Below are positions 39,089 through 51,310 of a stretch of DNA of 64,000 nucleotides, piece by piece. How positions within the stretch are numbered: the first letter of the stretch is position 1; each line of letters starts with the position of its first letter. The position numbers and the translations under genes were made by a program. The notes under the pieces were generated by a model. That model was not told the DNA's origin. It was given only the letters and a program-made list of their open reading frames with translations, and ran no database searches. Source of the stretch: Chiloscyllium plagiosum. Its lineage: Eukaryota. Where the stretch lies: NCBI RefSeq assembly GCF_004010195.1, contig NC_057720.1, forward strand, positions 36,762,334 to 36,826,333, written 5' to 3'.

Positions 39089-40814
39089 TGTTTTCTTGTT
39101 TAAAATTGTAATCCTAACCATCATTATTTTTGGTGAAGTTAGTTAAATAGTGAAGTGTCACTTAATTTCTTCATTTGCATTTGCCCCACTGGGATTGTAA
39201 GAAGGTTGAGATAATTTTATTGAAATTTTCAAGGTGATGAGAGAGAGTGGGTACATGGGAAGAATTTTTTTTCATTTGGTTGGAAAGTCTAGGACAAGAG
39301 ATCAATGCGTAGAAATTAAACCCAACTAGGAGTAAAATTAGAAAACACTAGTTTAGGATATTTTATTCATGAATAACAATGTATGCTTGATAAGTAGCCA
39401 AAGGCCTGAAGAAATACAGGAAAGGGTGAGCACATGAATTTAAGTCATAGGTTAGCCATGATTTCATTAAATGGCAGAAAAATGAGACCACTGTTTCAAT
39501 ATGTTACTGCAATGACTCAGTATATAGTTAGGAAATTCCAGTGGGACCTTTTAAGTATTTGATCCATATTACACTTGTGTGTTAAAAATACTTTTTAACT
39601 TAAAAATGAAATGATATTCTTTTATGAAATAAATAGCATTATCGTTAAAGAAGTCAAATATTTAATTATAAGTAACTGTTTTTAATAAATTAAAATTTTG
39701 CAGCATTAGAAAACAGGAAAAATTGTAATGCAACCCAGAGGGAACAGACATTCAAAAGGTTGTAATAGTAAAGTTGTTCTCAGTTTGGTTTTGTGTATAT
39801 ATAAGTTTCTGAATTTAAAATTTAAACCTATTAACTGTGAAGTACTGTGTTTACTTCAATAAGGACAGTGTTTTCCTCTTCAGATGGATCCAAAGCTTCG
39901 TCCATCCTTTCCAGAAATAGTGAAAATGATAGAAGAGATAATGCCACAATTAGAAGAGGAAGACCAAGAGAAATGTGCAAACAGTGAAGAAGGTAGAGAA
40001 ACCAAGCCAATTAATCTTCAGAAAAGTAAGCAAATTTTTTTTTAATGGCCAGATAGACACTTTTTAGTGAGAAAAATCAGAGGCCAAATAATACAATTTT
40101 ATTAATGGAAGTTAATTTTGCTTTACTGTATATTTAACTGCATAAAACCAATTGTATTGGATCCTACTGTTGAATGAATCCAGTGCACCCATAAATGAGA
40201 TGGGGTTAGAGTTTGCATCAGTATTACTTGGACAAAAGGGGTGAAATAGGCTGGTATTATGTTCGGTGCAATAGAGCTGTGTGGTTTCCAATCTTTATTC
40301 AAAAATCATTTCTTCAGCTTCTCGAGAAATTCTGAGGAGATTCAGAAGCTGAATGTGCCTCCAGATTAAAGTAATGGGCAAAGTTGATGGTCAAAGACTG
40401 ATAGTTTTGTTTTGTGGACATTGAATGGCTTTTCAACTTGAATTTTTTAAAAATACTAGTTTGCATATTTTCAGTGTTTTTACATTTTATTTGCTAAGAA
40501 ACTGCTAAGTGCTGTTTTCTTGTTTAACATTGTAATCCTAACCATCATGATTTTTGGTGAAGTTAGTTAAATAGTGAAGTGTCACTTAATTTCTTCATTT
40601 GCATTTCCCACAATGGGATTGTAAGAAGGTTGAGATAATTTTATTGAAATTTTCAAGGTGATGAGAGAGAGTGGGTACATGGGAAGAATTTTTTTTTCAT
40701 TTGGGAAGTCTAGGACAAGAGGTCAAAGTGTAAAAATTAAACACAACTCTGTCAGTAAAATTAGGAAACACTAGTTTAGGATACTTTTTCATGAATAACA
40801 ATTTATGCTTGATA
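39089..40814 (+). repeat. ~300-bp direct duplication (39089-39392 and 40513-40814) flanking TESK2 exon 10
   Basis: Long identical runs, e.g. tttttggtgaagttagttaaatagtgaagtgtcacttaatttcttcatttgcattt and tgggattgtaagaaggttgagataattttattgaaattttcaaggtgatgagagagagtgggtacatgggaagaatttt. Confidence 0.92.
39884..40025 (+). CDS. TESK2: TESK2 coding exon (exon 10 equivalent; end of kinase domain)
   Basis: cttcag|ATGGAT...CAGAAAA|gtaagc; MDPKLRPSFPEIVKMIEEIMPQLEEEDQEKCANSEEGRETKPINLQK; 142 nt, ends in phase 1. Confidence 0.92.
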
Positions 40815-41849
40815 TGCATTAATGAAACTCAAAGTATTCAGCTTAATTCTCAAGTAATTTTCAATGATGTGCAGTTGTTACCTACAAGTGGAGGAAGACT
40901 AGACACTTGAATTTAAATTTTTTTTGAGTTAAATCCATTCTTAACTCAAACTGTAATAAGTTACCTGGCTTAATTGCATTATGAATATTTTGAACTCAAC
41001 AGAAGAATGCAAATTACATTCCTTTTATGCTGACTGGTTTGTGGAAGATGCTAAATTTGTTTATTGTAAATGAATTGGGTGAAAACTTAAAACACTTAGC
41101 AAGAAGCAGCAATTCTACCACAGTTTAAATCCAGTTTCCTGATTGCATTCAAAGTGGAAACTACCCTGATTGTTTGCTAACACCTCTGAATTTGCAGTGT
41201 TCCTATACATGGATCCTGAAAGGTATGCAATTCCATATTGACCATATTGTTTTGTATTTAGACAGCTGTAAGTTAATTTTGTTTTGGAAATTGTTATGAT
41301 TATTTTTAATTGTTCCAGAATTCCCCAGATCTTTCTGCATGCATCGGCATTGAAACTGGTCACTATGAACTGCGCAGTATGTGGGCAGTGCTTATTTTGC
41401 AGAACAATTGCTCCAAATTATAATTGATGTTCAGTTCTCTTGTTAAATGTTAATGTTAAAACCAAGTTTGCGATGAGGTTAGGAGCTGACTAGTGAAATA
41501 CCAATTGAGTGTCAGAGTGGGTTGTTGCTGGACATGTGTTACTTGCTAGCACATGATCAAGTTTAAAGTGAAAGCAGTAACTGTCTTGGTTGGATTTGTC
41601 CTGCTATTTGTCAACAGGGTGTAGCTGTGCAGTTTTTCACATTGATATGCGATGCCATGCTTCACCAGATTGGTACCTTTTCTTTTACAATGTTTGGTTC
41701 TGTTTCTGGTGTACACTCTTGCACTTATTGAACCAACATTGATCCTCTGGTGTGATGACAGTGGTAGAGTGACAAAGTTAGTATTCATTTTAAGAAGGAT
41801 TTTTTTCTAACATTGCATTTCCATTTTTTTTTCAAACATTTCAAACTAT

Positions 41850-42810
41850 GTTGTTTTATTCCTGAGCCTTTTATGAGTGAGAATAGTTTCTTTCTATCTA
41901 TCCAGACCCTTGTGATTTTCAAAACTTTTATCAAATCTCCTCTTGGTTGTCTCCTTTTCAAGAAAGATCACCACACCTTCAATCCATCTTCATGACCCTA
42001 GCACCATTCCTATAAACTTTCCCCTCTTTTCTGATGGGTTCAGATCCCTCTGAAGTGTGTAACCAGAACTGTACATAGCACTGTAGCTGAGTTTTAACCC
42101 TCACGAATTTAACATAACCCGTTTTGCTTCTGTATTCCAAGATACTTTATGCTTTATTAACTGCTCCCTCCCATCTGTATTGCTACTTCTAATTGTGCAC
42201 AGATATGCCCATGTTACCCTACTTGTACATATCCACTAGTATCCTTTATTTAATATTGTCTCACATTCTTTGTACCAGAATGTATCATCTCTCACTTATT
42301 CACATTGAATTTCATTTGCCAACAACTCCAACAACTTGCCAATATCCTTTTGGAGTTCTCCACTATCGCCCTCATAATTTACAATGGAACAACATTTTGT
42401 ATCATTCACAGCCTTTGAGATTGTACTCTGTATGCTAAGATCTATTTGATAAGTATAAATCAGGAAAAGTTCCAATAATGACCCCTGGAAACTCCCATAC
42501 AAGCTTTCCTCAAGCCTGAAAAGTATGTATGAACTATTAATCTGTTTACAATCATTCACCAGTTATGTACCAACATTACTAGTGTCCCTTTCCATGAGCA
42601 CTGATTTTTTTTTCTTGTAGGTCTATTGTGTAGCACTGTATCAAATGCTATCATGAAGTCTGTCGTTAACTCTGTTATCTCTTCAAAAACTGTACAAGCT
42701 TGTGAAACGTAACTGTCCCGTTAGGAAATCCATGCTGGCTATCCTGAGTCACATGGACAAAAAAGTGTGCTATTAATTCTATCCTGATTTATTGTGTCTG
42801 GAGGTTTCCC
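41850..42810 (-). mobile_element. Highly decayed CR1-type RT fragment
   Basis: Remnants GSFQGSLLE.F.IY, ISK.VNDTK and LQKDI on the minus strand. Confidence 0.6.
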
Positions 42811-43028
42811 CACCAGCACAGTGTTTGCAACGATCAGATGATTCAGGTTCAGTGTTAATAAGACGTAGCTTTTTATTCCAATTTTACTAATATATTGATT
42901 TTTAAAGTTCCACAGCTGCCATGGTTGCTTTTGAACTTGTGTTTACAACAGTGTTTGGTTTCAGTGTTGCTCCTATAACCAGTCCCTTTTAATGGATTCA
43001 GATATAAAGTAATAGCATAATTAAAATA

Positions 43029-43199
43029 CAGAGGAACCTTAAATATCCGCCATTCGATTAACCGAATTTCGGATTATCCGAACAAGATCACAAGGTCCCA
43101 ATGCACGACTAACTATTATCTGGCATTTGATTATCCGGTATTTGATTAACCAAATAAAATACTCCCGCCTGTGTCCTTCAGATAACTGCGGTTCCTCCG
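43029..43199. mobile_element. Tc1/mariner-superfamily (Tigger/pogo-like) MITE
   Basis: TA|CAGAGGAACC ... GGTTCCTCCG|TA (9/10 TIR match, TA duplication); internal repeated GATTA(T/A)CCG motifs; 171 bp. Confidence 0.75.
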
Positions 43200-45628
43200 T
43201 ATACTAAATGTTGGGTAGAGCAGGAAAAGAGGAAAACAATACGTAAGGAGCTAACTTTAAGATCTCTTAAACTTGTAGCTTTTAATGTTAATAACAACAC
43301 CTTCCAGGCACAAAGCCTTCATGATTTGTGTAAATTGAACTAAAAAGCCAGCAGTAAATCACACATTTCGTCGTCTGAAGTCACATTTACTGTACTGTTA
43401 AGGTCCCTTATCAGTACTGCATACTCTAGCATTTATTTTGTTTATTTCAATCTATTGTATTTTAACCATCTCAAAAATGCCTAAAATATCTTTATTAAAT
43501 GGAGTCATGACTATATTAACTCCACTTGAATATTACTGAGCTGAAGTATAATGGGGTAAGTTTAATCCTGGGTAATGATAGAAATAGCAACATGTAGAAT
43601 AAGTTATCAAGCTTACTTCACTAAGAGGAGATTGAGCAGGGTTTGAAAGAAAGTTTTTTTTTTTGATTTGTTCATGGGATGTGGGTGCCACTGGCTAGGA
43701 CTACACTTCTTGCCCAATTAAGAGTTAACCATATCACTGTGGGCTTGGAGTCTCACGTAGTCCAGATCAAATAAGGACAGCAGATTTCATTCCCTAAAGG
43801 ACATTAGTGAACCAAATAGGTTTTTATGACAATCAACATGTCACAATTGGGCCATCTCTTTATTCAATATTACCATAGTTCAAAGTTATGTTTATATCAG
43901 TGAGTATACTTGCAATAGAAAAATGAGTTAATATTTCTTGGGTGCCTGTTTTTTTTTTAAAAAGATCTTCAGTATAAAATGTGCTTATATATAACTAAAA
44001 AATGTTAGGATTAATGTGCACAGTGCAGCTAGTTGGCTGTCAAACCCTGCTGAAAGCTGCAACTTTCTTGCTTATTTCCTAAGTGATTTTTGGAATAAAG
44101 ATCTGCCTCTGTCTTTTCACAGTGACTAAACAATGGCATGTTTTGGTCTGCTTTATTACCACTAAGTGCAAAGATTTGGGATTCAATAGATTTACCTTAA
44201 ATGCTCAACAGATAAGCAACCCAACCATCCACGGATTTTAATACATGTTGAGCTAGGGAATGGAAGAGTAAATGATTCTAATTCTGGACAATCCAATTAG
44301 CTTCACTTGACAGTTTGTGCAGGCAAAAAACTTGATTGGGCTTAACTTTGTTGCTTTGTATGGTCCTGTTGCAGAGACCAATAACAAGAAGGGCTTGAAC
44401 AGGTAATAGAATAGGTACCAATATCTTTTGACATTCATTTCAGCTAGTGTTTTATTTTCTAAACAGGACTGATAATTGGGGGGAAAAGTCCTCCAGGATA
44501 GGAAACCAGATTGTTTAAAGCCATGTGCTAAAGGGTCAGTTTAAATGGCTTTGTCCTAATTTGCACTAAAAGAGCTGTATATTTTTATTTAAAAATACAG
44601 GTACCCCATTACATTGCATTATTGCTGCCAGATGTAGCATTGTAATGTAAATGAGGTGGCACGACTACTGGAGGAGGTAAGAACTAACTTGGTGGTTTTC
44701 CAAGACTCTTCCAGTGCCACTCATAGAAAATGTACACATTTTGAGCTGACTGTCTCTTAATTTTTGACCTCTGTCGGGGGCTAGATGTGGTTTTAATAAT
44801 GCTGGCTTGTATAGAAATTCTGCCTGTATTGAGGTATACTTGTCTTCTGAAAACAAGTTGGAGAATCATAGATTATTACAATATAGGTCTGGTAAATCTT
44901 TTGAAGTTTTTCTCCACATGTTCCTACTGTATTCTTCTGCTTACTCCTTATACCTCCTTTTTTCATAATTGCAGCAGGTGAGTTCTGGGAAAACGCGGTT
45001 TAGCAGCTGTTAAAATTTAAATCTGACCTGTAATTGGGTTGATTTTAAATATGATTGATTGAAATATCCCATCTCCTAAAATTGAACACATGCGCAACAG
45101 GCCAGGAGTTTTAAAAAATGCATGTGTTTCCACATTGTAATGTTAACCCCACCCACTCTGTCCTTTTTTTATCCTTATTCACTTTTAATAGGAGTTGTTA
45201 ATATCAGGTCCATTTGTTCCTGAAAACAGCCATGTTTGAATTTTGGTAGGAAGAGACATTTTATAGATTTTAAACCAAAATATTAAAATTGTCACTTTTT
45301 TATTTAATTGCAAATATTGCCACTGTATTAATGTTTGCTTTTGGTGTATATACTCTTTTTTTCCTTCAACTTTTCAGTATGTTGTGCAATAGAAAATGTG
45401 AATTGAGCATTTGTTTAATGTTTATCTGGGAAGTGCTCATGTGTAAACTAGCATACTTCAAAAAATTAATGGACAGAAGGACTAATCCATTTCTTAATAA
45501 CATGGTAGCTTTTCTGCCAAATTGTTTTATGTAGAACATTTGTTTCTGGTAAATTGATTGCTTATAATAATCTTGGAACTGTGATCATAATACTCTTTGT
45601 CCTAAAACTCTTTTGTGATTGCTTGTAG

Positions 45629-46659
45629 GTGCAGGAGAGAAAGGACTGGCGATAAAAAGGTGCAGCCCCCTTAGACTTCCAGGTGATAAGGTTCCTCCCA
45701 AATCTCCTCGACCTCGTCGAAATATATGGCTTTCTCGTAGTCAGTCAGACTTCTTCACACGAAAAGGGAGTCGGAAGATTAATGTCCAAGATCCTTACTA
45801 TACCCCTTGCAAAGGAACGTCACGCAAGGTTAACCCGTTCGATGCTAGGCAGGATCTGAAAGGTGGAAAGATCAAATTCGTGGACACACCAAGTAAATCA
45901 GTAATATCACTTGCATTTGACCTGCCATCACCTGATGCTGCAAAGTACCCAGTCACTTCAACATCCCAGGTGAAACAGTGCTGCAGTGGAGATTTTCAGG
46001 AATCTTTACTCTCTGAAAGACAATATAGGTCCCTTCCGGCTTCTCCTGATCTTTCAACAAAAGAATGTCACAGTTTTGGGCCCTTTTCATTAAAGCTTGG
46101 TAAATGTGACCCTATGCAGATAGAAACAGATGTGCGGCAAAAAGAGTCAAGCAATTCCTTGTACTCTGAGTTGGAAATTCCACCATTTAAGTTCAAACCA
46201 CAGACACTGGAATCTGAATCATTAAAACATTTTGATATGGACTGTTCAGCAAGTGAATGCCCACAGGATGAAAATGAATCATGTGCAAAGAACAGGAAAC
46301 TATTAAAGCTAAAAACCAATGAAAGTATGATTGTCCTTGGGCAAGAAAGTTTGAATTGTAGTAATATAACTGGAGATGATGGACCAAATTTAGATGGTGC
46401 ATCATTGAGCCATTGGAATAGCTTAGTTTCTGGTGAAGAAATGGAGGAACAGGAAATGCAGAGGCACCTGTCTAAGTTAGCGATACCAGAACCCAAGTCA
46501 TCTTTCCATGTAAATACAGTTCTGAAACGAGATGAAGTGGACCCAAGTGATTCTGTTTTTCTACCTGAAGCTTCTGACATGGAAGAGCATCCATCTGTAG
46601 TACTGACTCCATGCATGGCCTCAAATCCATGTCATCTTCAGTCAAAATGTGACATTTGA
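45629..46659 (+). CDS. TESK2: TESK2 last coding exon (non-catalytic C-terminal region)
   Basis: ttgtag|GT GCA GGA in phase 1, open to TGA at 46657-46659. Contains the TESK-family motifs PPKSPRPRRNIWLSRSQSD, KVNPF, DLKGGKIKF.DTPSKSVISL.FDL and RSLP.SP. Confidence 0.95.
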
Positions 46660-49600
46660 AAGGCATGCATGTACTAACATTGTTCGGAGAGGCTTCATAT
46701 AACAGCTATTTCTGCATAATAAAAATGTTATTTTATTTTGTCAGAAAAGGTATATATGAGAGACTCGAATTCCAAAGCTATTTTGGCAGGTGGGTGCTGG
46801 TACCATAGACATCAGTCTGTTCTGATAAATTACTTGGCTTAATATGTGATGATAGGCCAGTATTAAGTTATCTCATTCGAGTAGACTTTGGATCCTCTGC
46901 AAGTTAATTTGAACCTTTATGACAGTAGTCTATCCACACTCCTTTTTTAATATCAGTATGAGCACATAAGCAGTATATCCATTTGCAACTTCCAGTATTT
47001 GTAGGATCACTAATGATTTGAACAAATGTGTTAGCCATTCTTCTGTCAATCAAATAAGGTTCTTTAAAACTTTCCACAATTCTGATGCAGTTTGCTGTAT
47101 CACAGGTAGCTATCATTTTAATGAAAACCTAGCGGGCACGTTAATTATAAAATAATTCTTACTTTGTATTTTTCTTGTCAAGATCATATCTGTGCTGCAG
47201 GAAGGTTATTTGAGTAAAGGGGAGTATATTTACTTCATGTTTGCACCCAAGTCTGCTTGAGATAAGATTGTTAGGAACAGAGTTTCAGTATAAGAAAGCT
47301 TGCATGTTTAGGGTACCTGAATGTAATAAACTGTGCTGACTGTCAGTATAGTTTTTCCTTTGTCTGCAAAAAATATATTTTTTCTAAATTTGTTTAAATT
47401 TTCTAAATTTACTCACATTAAAGACAAGTCATCAAGGTTTTTTATACAAGAGAAGCACTTAATCACTTTCTTTCTTTCCTATAGCTTGAAAGATGTTACT
47501 ACTGTATATTTTGTATTTCAACCTGGACTACTGTAACTGGAGTCAGCAGCATGGTGCCATATTAAATATAGCTTATGGTGGGTCAACCCTCAGAATTAGT
47601 GTGAAGAATATTTAATTTACAAATCAACACAAGGTGTATTTATCTTTTTGAATCCTGTGAAATGCAGTTCCATTATAATGCGGCAATTTTGTTTGAATTG
47701 GATATATTCTTCCTCTTGTCTCCCAAAAATGCATTGCAGTAAATGTTTTCCACAACGGTTTCTACTGCCTTGTAATTGGCAGCTAGGCTGTGTCAGACAT
47801 TTATTTGCCTTTTCTGTTACTGTCCTTTCTGTACCTGTGCTGAAGTATCTTATACGTATCTAGTGCTGCACTTTGTAGAACCTAGATTGCCCTGTTGTAT
47901 ATGTTCAGTTAATTAGGTTTTAACCATGAATGTGAATTATAAAGTAATGGTTCTTTTACACTCCATTTAAAGTAGCGCTATTGATATGGATCTGATCTAT
48001 TAACAATAAGTCAGTATCAAGATAAATTGGTACATTTGATGTTCATCTGAACTAATGGGAAATTTACTTCAAATCATCTTCAGTTAACCTGACTCATTGT
48101 TTAAACATATTCCAGGTTTTTCCAAAGCTATATTGCAGATATTTTCTGATCTAATCAGTTTTGACACATAATGAACAAATTAGTTGATGGGGAATATTTT
48201 GGTGTTGAGGCCCATGAATTTATAACACTTTCTTTCATTTCGTTAAAATTTTGTGTATTTTCTCATCTTGGGACTACCAGTGATTATTTAGCATCCAATT
48301 TGATTTTCCAATTACAGTACAGTAATGGTGAAGCAGCAGTTCATTGTTTTAAAAAAAAAACTTGGTCAAGCTGAACAACGCATTTGACTCATTACTTTGG
48401 CTTGATATGTGTTATTTACATTATTTTGAGTTTTTTTTTGTATTCACCATATCCACAGGATTTTTTAGTTCAATTCATAAAATCACTCTGCAAACATACG
48501 AGAACAACTTGAGAGTGTGAATAGAGACTTTTGGACAGTTCTTAATTTTTAATGTCTCAAACATTTGTAATATCGAAGATTGTCTTTGTAAATAGTTTTC
48601 TAAAATAGCATATAAGCTTGATTTGTGATTTGATTGTCAACAAGAGTCTTTGAATAGAGAAATTTGTAAATCTAATACTAGAGTGAAGAGATCTTGTAAT
48701 TCTAGTCAGTTTACCATTTTGACAAAGTTGGTGATAGAAATTGTATTCTTTATCTGCCTTGATTACTAAATTATATATTTTGCAAATTACATCTTTTGCT
48801 GGGGAAAAGGACTATTTTGTATTTCGGCATAATGTACCACATAGCTTGATGTTTTATTTTAGAAAGGTGAACCACTTATCTTGGGACCATCCTTCCCCAG
48901 TCTTTATATTGGCCTTGATTTGGGTTACAAAAACAGCATTAAGTGAAAACCCATACTATTTTGAGTGTTGTAATTTATGGAGACCCCAAGAAGTGACCTA
49001 ATTTTGATCAAAAACCATAATTTTTGGTGTAAATTAAAATTCTTATGCAGTTATGAATCGATTTCCCAAGTAGAATGTGCAAATAAAAGGCTTGTGGGCG
49101 ACTGATTCCAAAGGTACATAATTAGTACATAGACATGCAATATGTACTAATTAAGGAGAGTTACTAGCATGTTGATTTGGATAAAGTTATCAATGGAATC
49201 AAAGTTAACCATATGCAGCAAGAGAAGAAGTTGAATAATAAAAATACAGTCTTTTGGGAAGAAAGCAAACAAGGGAACATAGTAAGGCGTACTTGTTGCT
49301 GTCATATATTGTTTGTTGATATTTGAATCTGGCTAACCCTAACATTTTGGGTAAAATAAATCCTTTGCCACTTGCAAAATTATAAGAGTTTTAGTTCTGT
49401 TTGAGCTCTTGAAAGGACTTTGGTTCCATCTAAGAAATGGCTCAATAAGCAAGAAGGACACTGTTTTCTTATCCAAAAGCCTTTATTTGCAAGCCTTGAC
49501 TTGGAGCGTGGAGGTATTTCAGTTGGCCCTCAGCTGTGTATATTTGATGCCAAAAAGATTGTTCTGAAAATACCTGCCCTAAACTTGGCTGAATAACAAT

Positions 49601-50899
49601 GAATGAAAATATAATTAGTAAGAGGTTTACAACATATGGATATGGTTGCATTAATATTTACATACTGTATATCAAAAGAATTTTAACTGAGTTCAGCAAG
49701 TTTTATGTAGAAATGTGCCCAAAACACACTACATCTTCGGAGGGTACGAAGTATGTAAATTCTTCCCTCATTTGGCATGTAGCAGTTATGTGCTATTTGA
49801 TTCAAGAGAGGCATACACTTGCACAGAAGTTTAGCACCTTTTTAAAATAAAAAAAATTGTTGTAATGGCCCAAGATGCCAAATCAATCACTTATTGGCTC
49901 TCCTTAACCATCACTACTTGCCCTCATCTCAAACATTGAATCCTGATCAATAGTGGGCTTTGTGCTAGTTTGGCTTGTAGTGTATGTTTTCAGGAAATTA
50001 GACACAGTTGAGACGTAATGTATAGTATAGCTTTTACATCATGTGTGCTACTACAGTTTCACAATTTAATACAGAAAGTATGACTTTGCAATAGATAATG
50101 CAACTGAAGTCTTGATTTTTTTTGCATTCTATTGTGAGACAAAAGGTATTTCAGCACTAAACCAGTCGGAAACCAAATGGAATCTCATGTTAAAATACCT
50201 TCTGGTTTTCATTTTGATCAACAATGTCACTAATGTACAAGAAGCAAAGCTGGGCATCCAAATTCCTCCATCCCGACAAACTTAAAAACACATGCATTTG
50301 CAACAGCAAGTTGCATTGTATAGTTGTTAGTGTGTAGCTAAGTTCAAGGCCATTTGATTTTATGAATATTTGGGTGAACACCAACAAATAACAGCGATTG
50401 AGGTAAAAAGATCCACTTTCTTAACATGACTCTGTATTTCTACAGAATGTAATGTATAATGTGTAGAATAGAATGACAGGAATCTGATGGTTTGGCTTCA
50501 CTTTGTGATTGCACAAAAGATTTTGCACAAAAAGGCATGTGGCTTTTGTAAATTATTTTGAATTTCTGTATATTTGATTATTGGTTCCCAGTAATGACAC
50601 CGCAAGCTCTTTGCCCTTGCATTTAATTGCAAGAATTTCAGACTGTTTACACTGCAATGTTTCACTGGGGTGAGAAGAAAACCTATCCAAAATAATAAGG
50701 GCGAAGTCCATTCAAATTTAATGCTTGCTTAAATGGAAATATTTAGGCATATCTTTCATTGAAAGATTCTGATCGTGGATAAGGAATTAAATCAAAGTGA
50801 TAAATACCAGGTTTTAAATATGCTTGTTGTTTGTAATATAGCAGTTGTTACAAAGTTGAAAATATAGCTTCAATCATTCCGACTGATTGCATGGATTAT

Positions 50900-51310
50900 A
50901 TCAGCATTAGCTCAGCAGTAGCACTTCTGTCTGAGTCTGAAGATTGTGGATTCAAGTCTCATTTGATATTTAAGTACACTAAATATGTTGACACTTCAGT
51001 GTAGTAGTGAGTACTTTGCATTGCTGGGAGTGTCATTTCTTGGTTGAGATATTAATTGGATCTTGTACAGGCTCATCCACCATGCAATAATAGCAGTATT
51101 ATTTTCCTGGTGTCCTGACCAATATATTTTCCCTCTACTAATCATTTTAGGGAACAAAAAGGCAGATAATGTATTGTCTTCTGTTACTGTAATTGCTATA
51201 TCCAAACTGGCTACTCAATTTCCTACTTTACAACAGTAACTATACTTCAGAAGTATTCCATTGGCTGTAAAGCACTTGGAGTATCTTGAGGCTGTAGAAA
51301 AGCATTTGCT
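50900..51310 (+). mobile_element. Ancient SacSINE1/DeuSINE-like SINE
   Basis: tRNA-like head (tagctcagcagtagcact...ggattcaagtctc), then tgacacttcagtgtagtagtgag and Deu-domain-like ttggttgagatattaa...ggtgtcctgaccaatatattttccctc. Confidence 0.65.

Noticed and set aside
40923..40950. 10-bp hairpin tttgagttaa/ttaactcaaa
   Set aside because: Short and AT-rich; expected by chance in 64 kb.
46068..46616. 182-aa antisense ORF
   Set aside because: Shadow of the TESK2 last exon; no recognisable domain or splice context.
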